A stretch of 60,280 bases of DNA, filler included, from Globobulimina sp. (taxonomy: Eukaryota): the NCBI GenBank assembly GCA_003354225.1. It is 11 parts of 11 records of this genome, joined end to end, with 100 filler letters (N's around TTAATTAATTAA, not from the genome) between each part and the next. Parts side by side here need not be neighbours in the genome. Positions count along the whole stretch, not along the records: positions 21,982 to 27,372 come from PIVH01000599.1; positions 27,473 to 32,860 come from PIVH01000600.1; positions 32,961 to 38,347 come from PIVH01000601.1; 8 more parts are not named here. One strand, given 5' to 3'. Both the position numbers and the translations under genes were made by a program. The first letter of the stretch is position 1, and each line of letters opens with the position of its first letter. The notes beneath the pieces were generated by a model. That model was not told the DNA's origin, searched no databases, and saw only the letters and a list, made by a program, of their open reading frames with translations. This document shows positions 22,564 through 33,368 of this stretch, piece after piece.

Positions 22564-24624
22564 TTAATTAATTGTTGTTAGTTTTGATTGTTTGTTGTGG
22601 TTAGTTTCTTGTTGTTGGGTCACGTGGTTTGTGGTCGCTATTATTGGTTCACTACAAAAAGGATGCTTTAATGCTTGCTTTGGCGTAATTCTTTTGTTTG
22701 TATTTAAGTTTAACATTTTCGATAATAAATCTGCAAATTGATTTAATTTAATTTTTTCGTTGTAATTTAATTTAATTTGAATATTGCTATTATTGTTTGA
22801 TTGTAATTTGTTATACAAAATCTTTATTTTTTGGTTGTTTTTATTATGATTATTATTTAAATATAATTTATGTGGTATTTGTATATCAAACTGAGCGACG
22901 GCGTCATATTTGTTCTCTAAAAAATCTCCATTTACATTAAAATGCGATGTATAAAACATTCCAGTCTTATATTGTAATAATATATTTTTGTCAAAACAAC
23001 ATAAATTGACAATGTTTAATAACATTTCATTATTATCACTGCCTTTAAATAAGAAATTGGTGCAATAAATCTCAAATAAACTGCATGCCAACGACCAGAT
23101 ATCCACAGGAAAGGCCCATTTGCATCCAAGCATAATCTCCGGCGCCCGGTAGTAGCGGCTGCCGATTGTGCCGCTGATGTCCACTTCGCAGAGTTTGTAC
23201 GAGGAGCCAAAGTCACACAGCTTCACATTGCGATAGTCGCTGCTCACCAATATGTTATCCGGCTTAATGTCGGCGTGGATCAGCTTCAGTTTGTTGAGCG
23301 CGCACAAGGCGGACAGCAATTGTTTGCTGTATTGGTAGACTGCGCAGATAGACAGACCGCCGAATGATATGTTGATGTTCTTCAATAAACGGCGCAAGTC
23401 ACACTTCATGCTTTCAAATAACAGACACAAATGGTTGCGATACCAAAATGAGTCGTGCAGCCATATGATATTGGTGCAGCATGCGGCGCCAATCTCATTC
23501 AACAAAGCAATCTCTCGCAAACCCTGCTTTTTCATGTGTTCATTGTTGCGAATTACTTTGATGATATATTCTTGCTTCTCTTCGACGACCCGCAATACCG
23601 AGGAATAGACGCCTTTCCCTCCAATACCGAGAACAACATATTTGCCCAAAATAATGTCACCCGGCACCACTACGTAATATCCCTCCGAATCATCCCAATT
23701 GTGACTTAAATTAATATTAAAGTTATTGTCTCTGTCTCTGTTCCTGTTCCTGTTCACTTTATAATTAATATCATTCTCATCACACTTATCATTTTGAGCA
23801 AATATATCATATAACTCTGCTTCTTCTGCTTCTTCTGCTTCTTCTGCTTCTTTGATGACAGTGATTGTACTGTCCGTAATATCCGTATTTGGTGATTCAA
23901 TCGCAATGGCTATGGGTATGGGTATCGCTGTCTTTTTCTTTTTTTCTCGTAATTTCTGTAACCGTTTTAATCTTTCTTTCCGTTTATTTGCCGCCTCAAA
24001 ACAAGCTACTTTTTGTTGTTTAATTTCAATCTCTTTTGCTTTTAATTCTTCTTCTACTTTTTTGCTAAATTCTTTTCTCTCTTTCTCTCGATCTCTCTCT
24101 ATCTCTCTGTTTCTGTCTCTGTCTCTCTCTCTATCTCTGTCTCTGTGGTGGTGGTGGTGGTGGTGGTCGTGGTGTGATCGTGGTCGATGTCGATGTCTAT
24201 GTCTCCTCTTTCTGTCTCGTTTGTGTCTATGTCTTGGATTAGAACGAGAACGTGAACGAGAACGGGATCTATGTATTTATTAATTTCATTTATGTATTGG
24301 TTGAATGCAAAAAATAGAAACACATATCCTCGCACCAAATGAAATGATTTTTTTCCAATTTAAAATGGCAGTATTTACATCTGATTGATCTGAACGCGTA
24401 TTTAGTAAATTCAATGCAGAATAAAATGGAGGAAGAGAGGCGCGGAGCGGAGAAAGAGATGGAAATAACCTTTTTTTATGTGATGGGCGTTTAGATTTTT
24501 TCCTGTATGATGTTGATGAATTACATGACGAAGTAGATGATGATCTGCCTGGTTTTGGGTATTTATCGGATAGTGGTTGAGATGTTAAATGATGAGAAAG
24601 GATATCATCGTAATTGTAACTCAT
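22564..24624 (-). CDS. PRPF4B: Serine/threonine kinase PRP4 homolog with RS/RD-rich N-terminus, 2 exons
   Basis: WDDSEGYY, GKGVYSSV, IKVIRNNEHMKKQGLREI, HADIKPDN, LCDFGS, SRYYRAPE. Inferred intron 24269-24469 joins the ATG 24624 exon to an RSRSRS/RDRD tract. Confidence 0.88.
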
Positions 24625-24682
24625 ATTTATGCTGGGTTCCAATAAAAGAGTTTTTTCACTTTAGAGTTTTATTTATTTATTT

Positions 24683-26182
24683 TTACAAGAGCCATTTATG
24701 AGTAATCTGAAAATATACAAATTGCAATGATCCAAAGACCGTCGCAAAAACGCCCAAAATTATGAGAATAATGGGTGGGATGACATCTTTGATGGCATGG
24801 CCAAGTTTGCCGGTTGGCGCTTTCCAAAACATGATTGAATATGTTTTGCCTGCTTTCAAATGACACAAACAAGGCACGACAAATGCAATGTTGACAGCAG
24901 ATAATAAGCCAAATAATGTCATTACATGAGATAAGGTTTTAATGTACAACCCAATGCATAGAAAGCTTGTTAATGGAATAATGGTAAACAATATTTTCTT
25001 ATTTGTTGTCGTATCCTCGTAACTGTCATATCCCTGATATATAATGGCAAATAATACATGTCTGACCACATAAAAAGCGGTCGGAAATATAAAGGCCATT
25101 CTTATCATATAACATATCCTTATAACCACAATCAAAGAGTGCGAATCCATCGCATAATTACGTAATATATCATCTTTTATTTGCGAACCAAATGACATAT
25201 ATCCAAAACTGCACAATAACACACATAAAATACATTGTATGCCCATTCCAAATGATACAAAACATAAAAGCCCAAAATTTGTATGACTTTGACGCGTACT
25301 TTTAACCGTTTTATAAACCAGAAAGGATAAATCATGCTGGATTATGCTAAAAGTGATTGCCCCAAAAGAGCCTAAAATATCCATCAAATCTTGAAAGTGA
25401 AAATTACGCAAATCTGAATCATAAAATATTTTCCACGAATACTTATTCTGCTCATATTGATATTGATACTGCTCATAAAATTTATAAATAACAAAACCAA
25501 CGAAAAAAAAATAAATCATTATGCCAATAATTTGTATTTTTTCAATGAATCTAAAGTTTTTGCCAACACACAATGGTAAAATAACAAGAATGTAGACAAA
25601 GGTGACAGAGAGATATCTGCTTTTATCCGTATATCCGGGTAGAAGGTCCTCGGCGCAGTTGGCCAAAATAATGGTATAACACAAACAGGCGCCGCTATCA
25701 AACAATAAAATGCAAAGCGATATGAGATAATATCCAGACCAACCAAAACATTTACTGACCAATCTCTCATAATCTTGACATTGCAACTTAATTCCAGTTA
25801 AAATCAATAAATTCAAGGTATAAATCGACACAATGGATATTAAGGCCGTAATGATGGAAGCCAGTATAATTCCTCCTGCATTTAAATATTGTATGAGCAA
25901 TCCGACCACGCCGCAACCTGCCATCATATTAAATATTGCCATATAAACTGGAGACTTGTATTTGTTTAATATTATATCTTTCCGCATCTGGTCCATTGAG
26001 TAATAGGTTATGCCCTCTGTCCAACTGCAACATTCTGCATTCGATATCACTACTTTGTCTTCGCTGATTGCATGTAAATGTAAATCATGCAATGAAAGTT
26101 CTGTTGCTGTTGCTGTTGCGCCGTATAAAGAATGTGTTTGGTTTGCATTGCATTTGCCATTTTGATTTGGTAGAGTAGACAT
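24683..26182 (-). CDS. Amino-acid transporter, AAAP/SLC38 family (SLC38A11-like)
   Basis: 499-aa intronless ORF with ~11 TM segments; AIFNMMAGCGVVGL, DYERLVSKCFG, FGYMSFG...DILRNY, AFVVPCLCHLK. Confidence 0.85.
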   Translation of the reverse strand: MSTLPNQNGKCNANQTHSLYGATATATELSLHDLHLHAISEDKVVISNAECCSWTEGITYYSMDQMRKDIILNKYKSPVYMAIFNMMAGCGVVGLLIQYLNAGGIILASIITALISIVSIYTLNLLILTGIKLQCQDYERLVSKCFGWSGYYLISLCILLFDSGACLCYTIILANCAEDLLPGYTDKSRYLSVTFVYILVILPLCVGKNFRFIEKIQIIGIMIYFFFVGFVIYKFYEQYQYQYEQNKYSWKIFYDSDLRNFHFQDLMDILGSFGAITFSIIQHDLSFLVYKTVKSTRQSHTNFGLLCFVSFGMGIQCILCVLLCSFGYMSFGSQIKDDILRNYAMDSHSLIVVIRICYMIRMAFIFPTAFYVVRHVLFAIIYQGYDSYEDTTTNKKILFTIIPLTSFLCIGLYIKTLSHVMTLFGLLSAVNIAFVVPCLCHLKAGKTYSIMFWKAPTGKLGHAIKDVIPPIILIILGVFATVFGSLQFVYFQITHKWLL

Positions 26183-26224
26183 TTAAAAATTTAAATTAAA
26201 AAAAAAGAAAAGAAAAGAAAAGAA

Positions 26225-27372
26225 TTATTGCAATAATTTATCAATTAATGTCCCAACGTGCATTCTTTTTAAATCAGGATATTTTTGTCCGGTGCCAATA
26301 AAAATAATCGGTTTTCTTGATTTATACGTCATTGAAATTGCAGCACCAACTTTATCGTCGACTGTATCAAATTTTGTTAAAATAATAGCATCCACCAAAT
26401 GGGTATTACCGCCAATGCTTAATGCTTTATTAAATTCCATTAATTGGTCGACGCCATCATTGCCAACCAATGCTTCTCCAACAAATAGGGTTAAATCTGG
26501 CTTATTTCTTTGTATTAAGGATGCTAAACTTTTCATCAATGGCGCATTATTTTGCATTCTTCCGGCGGTGTCCACTAATATCACATCGTCGCCTTGTTTT
26601 GCGCCCTCTTTGATTGCGCGAGAAGCCACAGAGCCGGCATCGCGTGCATAGCCCTGCGAAAATAATCGCACATTTAAGGCGCGGCAATGCGTTTTTAACT
26701 GTTCAACGGCGCCGCTTCGGAATGTGTCGCAAGCGGCCACAGAGACGCGTAAATTGCGCGATTTTAAGTAATAAATAACTTTTGATAAAGAGGTTGATTT
26801 TCCAACACCATTAACACCAATAAATACGATCGTATACGGCCGATTTTCACTTTGCGCACTTTTTATACCATGCAATATATTAATTGGTCGCTGCGGTGTT
26901 AATATGCGTTGCAACGAGTCGGTCATTGCCCTTTTCACCACGCTTCGGATCGTATTAAATGTACCGATTTTTTTGCCTATCAATTGTTGTCTTAATGAAT
27001 CGCATAATTGTCGCGCAATTGCATTGGCCACATTTTTATCCGATAATTGATTCTCTAAATCGCGCAAAACAGACTCTATATCGCTGCTTTCTAAGGCTTT
27101 ATTTCCAATCAATTTACTGAATCTATTCCAAATTCCAGTGCTTGTCACCAATTCTTCCTCTTTTTGTAGCAATAAGTCGCTATAATCATCGTCAGAGTCC
27201 TCGGATTCCTCCAAATCAGCACTCCCCGTCGGACTCCACAACAATTCCTCCAAATCATCATTACTCTCATTCCAATTATTCTCATTCTCATTATTCGCAA
27301 AATTTAATTCATCCATATCTTTTTGTGACACTTTTTTTTTTTTATTCCTATACACATCAAAGGAAATCCAAT
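26225..27372 (-). CDS. SRPRA: Signal recognition particle receptor alpha subunit, NG GTPase domain; 5' partial
   Basis: GVNGVGKSTSLSK, AACDTFRSGAVEQL, DTAGRMQNN, FVGEALVGND, TKFDTVDDKVGAA, GTGQKYPDL. Confidence 0.95.
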
Positions 27373-27472
27373 NNNNNNNNNNNNNNNNNNNNNNNNNNNN
27401 NNNNNNNNNNNNNNNNTTAATTAATTAANNNNNNNNNNNNNNNNNNNNNNNNNNNNNNNNNNNNNNNNNNNN

Positions 27473-30400
27473 CATGAGGTCCCAGCCCATTGCCAGGGCA
27501 TGCATGAGGATCGGAAGGTAGGTTTGCAGTCTCTACACAGAGACAAATGGCTCAATATTCAGAAAAATAACGCCATAATCTCCTTAAATCAGATGTACAA
27601 AAAAGCAATAAATAGGTACCGCACCACAAACAAAGAACTGCGCGAATATAAAAATTACATGGTCAGCAAAGTGATACAAGACTACATCACCAACGACCAG
27701 CACTCTGACGCAGACATTCCAGAAATCATTTTGAAGTATCCATTCATGCAAATATATGCTCCCGATGTTGAACCAATATCCTCCACAAAAATCAAAATAA
27801 AAAACCTAAAAATAGGATTCCTGAACATCAATGGCAAGGCCAAAACTAAAATCAACCAAATGCATCCATATATGCAGCAACTTGTCATGCATCACAAATT
27901 AGACATAATATTATTAATCGATACCAGAAGAGTCCATCGGCCCAATTGGAAACTGCCCGGATATAATTTAATGGTCCACAAAGCCCCAATTGCCACAAAT
28001 AATATACAAAATGTCGGAGGAATACTAATTTACTACAAATACACCCTCCGCAACAAACTAAAATTAGTGCAGAAAACTAAGGGCCATAACACCGCCTGGA
28101 TCTCAATACAGATTGAAGGACAATCGAAACCCTCTTACATTGCCATCAATTACGCCCGCACTTATAAGCCAAATCTCAGTGACCGCAGCCGTAAATTCTA
28201 TGACTCCCTGACTGCGGACATTAACAAATATAAATCGCATTGCCACAGTATGTATGTTATTGGCGATTTCAACGCCAGAATGGGCTCCATCACCATGGAT
28301 CATAATACCAATGGTCATTATCGATACATGAAAGATATGTTGGATAGAACTGGCCTAAAAATTGCAAACCCCCAATTTGCACCCAAATTCTTGACCTGTC
28401 TGGCTAAAGGATCCCAAAATAGTGGAGGTTCCATCATTGATTATGTCATCACCGACCAGTTGGCCACCATCCAGTCAATGAACGTTGATACTCATCCAGT
28501 GTTTGCTGACCACAGACCAGTAGTTTTCACGTTGAATAATATCAAATGCGAGACCAGCACCATTGATAAGCATCTGATCCTAAGATCCTATAAACCGAAT
28601 GACCAATTGATAGCAATCCATAAATCCATATTGGAGAATGCCACTAGGCACTTGGACAAATTCTCCACTTCCACGGAGCAATTCGATAATAAGAAAGATC
28701 ACATTTACATCTCCCATATAACATCGATCACCGCAGCCTACATAATACACCTTGCCACCATAAAAACGTTTGGTTTGTCTGACTATAATGCTTCCAATAA
28801 ATGGTCATATATCTCCCGCAAACAGGTTACACTAAATATAAAACAGAGACTATTAATGAACACAAATAACCAAACAAATGCAGGACAGCAGCTCATAAAA
28901 GATGCAGAGGAGCAATACACCCAAAATAGAATTGATACACTCACACAAAATACCATCCGTTTCGGCAATTTAGATCATGCGAATAAACTAAAAAAATTCA
29001 AAACATACAACAAAAACACAGATTTCATATTAGATGAACCATACCTACGTTATAAAAACACCATAATGGACAAAAACAAAGCACTTTCTGAATTCTTTTG
29101 TGATATAAACGGTCCAATTGATGACCCGACGAACAATCCACACATAACTGACATCAATGCGTTCCAAGGAGAGCTGCAAAAACATAACACGAATGACCTT
29201 AAATTCATTCCACAAAAACCAGATAAACGAACGCTGATTGACCCCCTGATACCCTGTCAACCCTCTGACCTCGGCGCGAGTTCTCCAGATAATGCCTCCA
29301 CAACAGATGACAACGAGCATGCAGTACCGCACTATGACCCGAACTATATACCGCCGACCCAGCCTTTATTGGATGAACTCTTCAATATTGAGTATGATGA
29401 TAATACCCATGACAGTGATAATGAAGTCGCCATTGAAATGGAGCTGGAGACAGCTGGTTTGACACCGGGCAACAAAATCAATCGTAAAACAAAATATAAA
29501 TCCATTGAAATGGCAGTTTCTTATGCCAATCAAAATAGTGCGCCGGGCTATGACGGCATAAAATCCATACACCTTAAAACAAATGGCCGCCAAATCAACA
29601 ACCTGCTTTGTGTCATGTTTAATGTATGGAATACTACTTACTTCATCCCATATTACTGGCGGCTTGGCTCCATCATCCCGATCCTAAAAACGAAAACAGG
29701 CGACACCCCCAATAGCTACAGACCCATAACATTGCTGCCTATCATATTCAAAGCCTATGAACGCTTAATACTGTGGGAAATGTCCATTACCCACAAGTTC
29801 CGACGTAATCTACACATACTGCAAGGCGGCAACCGTACGCGCAGAGGGGTCCCGGAGCAAATAGGCGCTATCAATTTAATTGCTGAAACTGCGAAGATGA
29901 GAGAGATTCCGCTATACAGTGCCTTGTTGGACATACGTAAAGCATTTGACACTGTGTGGCGTAAAGGGCTATTATATAAACTAAACACCCACTTCAATAT
30001 ACCACTAAACTTATGTAAAATAATCCAGGCTATCTATAACAACTCCCATTCTGCCATAAGAAATCTACCATTCATCACCAACAAATTCCTCCTCCACAAT
30101 GGCGTGCTCCAAGGATCTGTTTTATCGCCGGTACTATATGCTGCCTTTCTCGATGATCTCATTGAAGAGCTGCAACTGTCCAAATGTGGAGCGGCCTCAC
30201 CAGACCCGGATACCCCAATAGCTTGCACGTTGTACGCGGACGACATCATCTTGACTGCGAACAAGATCTCACACCTCAGCAAACTCCTGAAAATATGTGA
30301 GGGTCATAGCAGTAAATGGCGGTACCAATTCAATCAGAAAAAATGCAAAACAATAATCTATAATGATAATAGCATAAATAATAATAACATTGACTCATAC

Positions 30401-32600
30401 AACACCAATGACATCATTTTACTAAACCATGAATACTATACCAACCTGGGAATAAATAACGGCAAACCTGCCCCAATGATACTCCTTCAAAAGCCCATAA
30501 ATAATCAAATCACTGCAATAAATATCCATAATCAAATACAACATTACAATAAGAATGAGATACCGCAAAAACATCTAAATAGATTCCTTGATCACATAAA
30601 ATTCTATAATGATATAAACAATAAGCCTTTTCCAATAATGTGGGACAATATACGATATGATCGCCACTATTCCCCGTCGGTGATGCACTTGAAACTAAAA
30701 CTGAATGGAGCCAGTCTACACTGCACAACATTCATTAGATATCTTGGTGCAATGCTGTGCAGCTACGACATGACCAATCTGGTGTCGACCCAATATACAA
30801 ACGCCGCTTTTCTGAAAAAACTTGACTGTAAAGCCAGAATTTTGTCAGATTTGGATTTCAATCACGTTTATATCCCGCTCGATGATAAAATAAGAATCCT
30901 AAAAACATTCTATTTAGTTTACACAGAAATATTTGCACAAGTTTTAGATGGAGAGAAGATTAAACTAAAAGAAGCCGCAAACAAACAACTACAAACAATA
31001 CGTATACAAACAAGAATAAAGGAGTTTGTCCCGGAACAGCTATACCTTTGGGCCGGTATCCCAACACCTTATGAGCGATGGGTCTCCCTTAAAATTGCAT
31101 TTTATTGGAAATTACTAAAAGGCGGAGAAATTTCATTGATGCATAAATGGGCGCATCTGCCACATATTCATCACCATAAAATATACAAACAATACATTAA
31201 TCTAAGAAAAGAATGGCTGCCGCGACAAAAACAAATCATCCAAAATAAAGTCCATTGGATAGATCCATTCGACACTGTCACGCATTCCCATCAACTCAGA
31301 CCACTGATCGTTTTAAATCAACACAGACAAATTGTGAGAGGATTAAATCACTACCACCCCATAAAAACGCTAAACCACATAACAGATCACTACAAACCAA
31401 TGAATATTTACGAATATGACGAATTAGCCGAATATGTCAACAATGAAATGATCCTAAAATACAGAGCACTGTTTTATAATTTCAACCAAATGCTTAACCA
31501 TTGTAACATCTGCCATACTGACACCAAAACACCAATTGAGCATCACTTAGTAGTCCAATGTCCAGCATTAAACACTTTACGGCATGAATATTGGAATCAT
31601 GCTTCCTTCACCTTTTCCAAAAGCGGTGCCGCCATAAATCACATCCATCACCACCTATACATGCAGAGATTAATAGAAATGTGTTGCAATGTCAACTTCC
31701 ATAAAACCGCATTCTGGGAAATCATCTGTGGCGCCAATTATTATGATTCGGAAGATAATAAGTTTGCATATAAACATAGAAACATTGACATAAATAAAAT
31801 GAAAAACACCCTATACAGAGATGTCATTTCCCAGTCCCATAGATGGCTGTACCATGTCCTGCAGATTAACAATAATAAAACCACGATCAGTAGAATCCAA
31901 TGCAAACATAATTTAATACCATCCGAAATGATAATGTTCCACATAAGAAATGATAATTTACCGGAATGGCACCAATACAAACATAAATTGAGACCCAGTG
32001 ACATTATCATTGCCACTGACTCCTCCCATGACCCCCACACAAATACCACTGGCATTGGAATATGTATTATTGACAGAGGGAACATACATTGCTTTGCACA
32101 GCCAATAGGTGACCAAAGTAACCATTATGGCGAATTGTATGCCATTTTCAAATCCAAATTCCTTCTAAGCCATGGTAATATAAACACGACAAATCGAAGA
32201 ATTATAATCTTTACTGATTCATTATTCAACTTCCTTCCCTTAATAATCACCCCAAAACGACGAGAGAAAAATCCAAATTCTATCCTATTTAAAAACACAC
32301 AAAATTATATCAAAAACAACAAAATAACCCTTTGGAAAGTCAAATCACATACCAAGCCAAAACAACAACCCTTCAATCAAGTGGCAGATCTCCTAGCAGA
32401 AGTAGGACGAATGCATCCTAGGAACTCATGCTTCATAATCACCAATTTCAATTCCATACGATACGCCAAATACAAATCATTCCACTATCCAAGGGGTATT
32501 AGACCCTGCCAACTTTATTCTCTCACCGGGATGTTCAAGCAATTGGTGAGTATGGAGCCAGACTTGGACCCTGGCTGAATGTGCCCCCACTACTACTACA
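27473..32600 (+). mobile_element. Non-LTR retrotransposon (LINE) ending in a short (TAC)n tail; 5' end beyond contig
   Basis: Single long ORF; stop at 32578 followed about 10 bp later by CACTACTACTAC, then an abrupt change to T-rich host sequence. Confidence 0.92.
27500..32578 (+). CDS. LINE ORF2: APE endonuclease, RT, CCHC-like finger, RNase H (frame open to contig edge 27473)
   Basis: EN: FLNING, GDFNA, IIDY, ADHRPV. RT: APGYDGI, YRPITLL, DIRKAFDTV, QGSVLSP, YADD, RYLG. Finger: CNICH...EHHLVVQCP. RNase H: ATDSS, GELYAI, FTDS, KVKSH, NQVADLLA. Confidence 0.95.
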   Translation: MHEDRKVGLQSLHRDKWLNIQKNNAIISLNQMYKKAINRYRTTNKELREYKNYMVSKVIQDYITNDQHSDADIPEIILKYPFMQIYAPDVEPISSTKIKIKNLKIGFLNINGKAKTKINQMHPYMQQLVMHHKLDIILLIDTRRVHRPNWKLPGYNLMVHKAPIATNNIQNVGGILIYYKYTLRNKLKLVQKTKGHNTAWISIQIEGQSKPSYIAINYARTYKPNLSDRSRKFYDSLTADINKYKSHCHSMYVIGDFNARMGSITMDHNTNGHYRYMKDMLDRTGLKIANPQFAPKFLTCLAKGSQNSGGSIIDYVITDQLATIQSMNVDTHPVFADHRPVVFTLNNIKCETSTIDKHLILRSYKPNDQLIAIHKSILENATRHLDKFSTSTEQFDNKKDHIYISHITSITAAYIIHLATIKTFGLSDYNASNKWSYISRKQVTLNIKQRLLMNTNNQTNAGQQLIKDAEEQYTQNRIDTLTQNTIRFGNLDHANKLKKFKTYNKNTDFILDEPYLRYKNTIMDKNKALSEFFCDINGPIDDPTNNPHITDINAFQGELQKHNTNDLKFIPQKPDKRTLIDPLIPCQPSDLGASSPDNASTTDDNEHAVPHYDPNYIPPTQPLLDELFNIEYDDNTHDSDNEVAIEMELETAGLTPGNKINRKTKYKSIEMAVSYANQNSAPGYDGIKSIHLKTNGRQINNLLCVMFNVWNTTYFIPYYWRLGSIIPILKTKTGDTPNSYRPITLLPIIFKAYERLILWEMSITHKFRRNLHILQGGNRTRRGVPEQIGAINLIAETAKMREIPLYSALLDIRKAFDTVWRKGLLYKLNTHFNIPLNLCKIIQAIYNNSHSAIRNLPFITNKFLLHNGVLQGSVLSPVLYAAFLDDLIEELQLSKCGAASPDPDTPIACTLYADDIILTANKISHLSKLLKICEGHSSKWRYQFNQKKCKTIIYNDNSINNNNIDSYNTNDIILLNHEYYTNLGINNGKPAPMILLQKPINNQITAINIHNQIQHYNKNEIPQKHLNRFLDHIKFYNDINNKPFPIMWDNIRYDRHYSPSVMHLKLKLNGASLHCTTFIRYLGAMLCSYDMTNLVSTQYTNAAFLKKLDCKARILSDLDFNHVYIPLDDKIRILKTFYLVYTEIFAQVLDGEKIKLKEAANKQLQTIRIQTRIKEFVPEQLYLWAGIPTPYERWVSLKIAFYWKLLKGGEISLMHKWAHLPHIHHHKIYKQYINLRKEWLPRQKQIIQNKVHWIDPFDTVTHSHQLRPLIVLNQHRQIVRGLNHYHPIKTLNHITDHYKPMNIYEYDELAEYVNNEMILKYRALFYNFNQMLNHCNICHTDTKTPIEHHLVVQCPALNTLRHEYWNHASFTFSKSGAAINHIHHHLYMQRLIEMCCNVNFHKTAFWEIICGANYYDSEDNKFAYKHRNIDINKMKNTLYRDVISQSHRWLYHVLQINNNKTTISRIQCKHNLIPSEMIMFHIRNDNLPEWHQYKHKLRPSDIIIATDSSHDPHTNTTGIGICIIDRGNIHCFAQPIGDQSNHYGELYAIFKSKFLLSHGNINTTNRRIIIFTDSLFNFLPLIITPKRREKNPNSILFKNTQNYIKNNKITLWKVKSHTKPKQQPFNQVADLLAEVGRMHPRNSCFIITNFNSIRYAKYKSFHYPRGIRPCQLYSLTGMFKQLVSMEPDLDPG

Positions 32601-32960
32601 AGAATATTTTCATGAAATGGTTTTTTGCATTTTTGTATTTCTGTCGTCACTTTAATATTATTGTGAAATACTACTTTCGGATTTGTTTTTATTTATTTTG
32701 GAAAATATGACATGTTTCCATTGGAAGGAAAATAGGTTAATAATAAAATGTTTGTTCTTCTTTTTGTTATACTTTTTTCTGACAAAAACATTAATTGTAT
32801 AATTATATCTGACACTTAATTGTTTTTTTGTTTACTATCAGCATCAGAAAACGAAGGAGGNNNNNNNNNNNNNNNNNNNNNNNNNNNNNNNNNNNNNNNN
32901 NNNNTTAATTAATTAANNNNNNNNNNNNNNNNNNNNNNNNNNNNNNNNNNNNNNNNNNNN

Positions 32961-33328
32961 ATCCACAAATTCCATTGCATTAAAATTGATATCTGTCCTT
33001 GGTGTTACTTCGAATTCATGTGATGGTGTCCACGGTGATGGTGGCTGTGGTATATATAAAATATCTATCATTCTTATATAAAATATAAGTGTTTTTGGTT
33101 AACTTTGTGAGTATAATCATCATTAATTGTAGCATTTATATAGTCAACATTGCTTGATTCAATTTCTGTAGCTTCTATGGAATCAATGCTATGTCGAGAT
33201 CTTGTTAAATTATGCGTTGTAATTAGCATTTGTTGTTGGGCTGCGATTACATATTCATTGTTCCGACTTGTTGGTTCACAACATTTTGAAGCACAAACCG
33301 CTTGTAAATCTGACAGAGCTGTGCCCAT
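32961..33328 (-). CDS. 5' part of a hypothetical protein with predicted N-terminal acylation motif (MGTALS...CASKCC)
   Basis: MGxxxS start with nearby cysteines; a probable short intron leads to exon PPSPWTPSHEFEVTPRTDINF, which runs off the contig. Confidence 0.5.
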
Positions 33329-33368
33329 TGTTTAAATCATTTACATTTACTGAAGTTCAGTTGTAACA

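Noticed and set aside
23852-24338. ORFs with poly-W, SLSL or TETE tracts
   Set aside because: Shadow frames of the His-, RD- and RS-rich N-terminus of PRP4 kinase.
27473-27540. GC-rich 5' edge of the LINE as an HDV-like or hammerhead ribozyme
   Set aside because: Only short hairpins are visible, I could not build the required core, and the frame is open through it.
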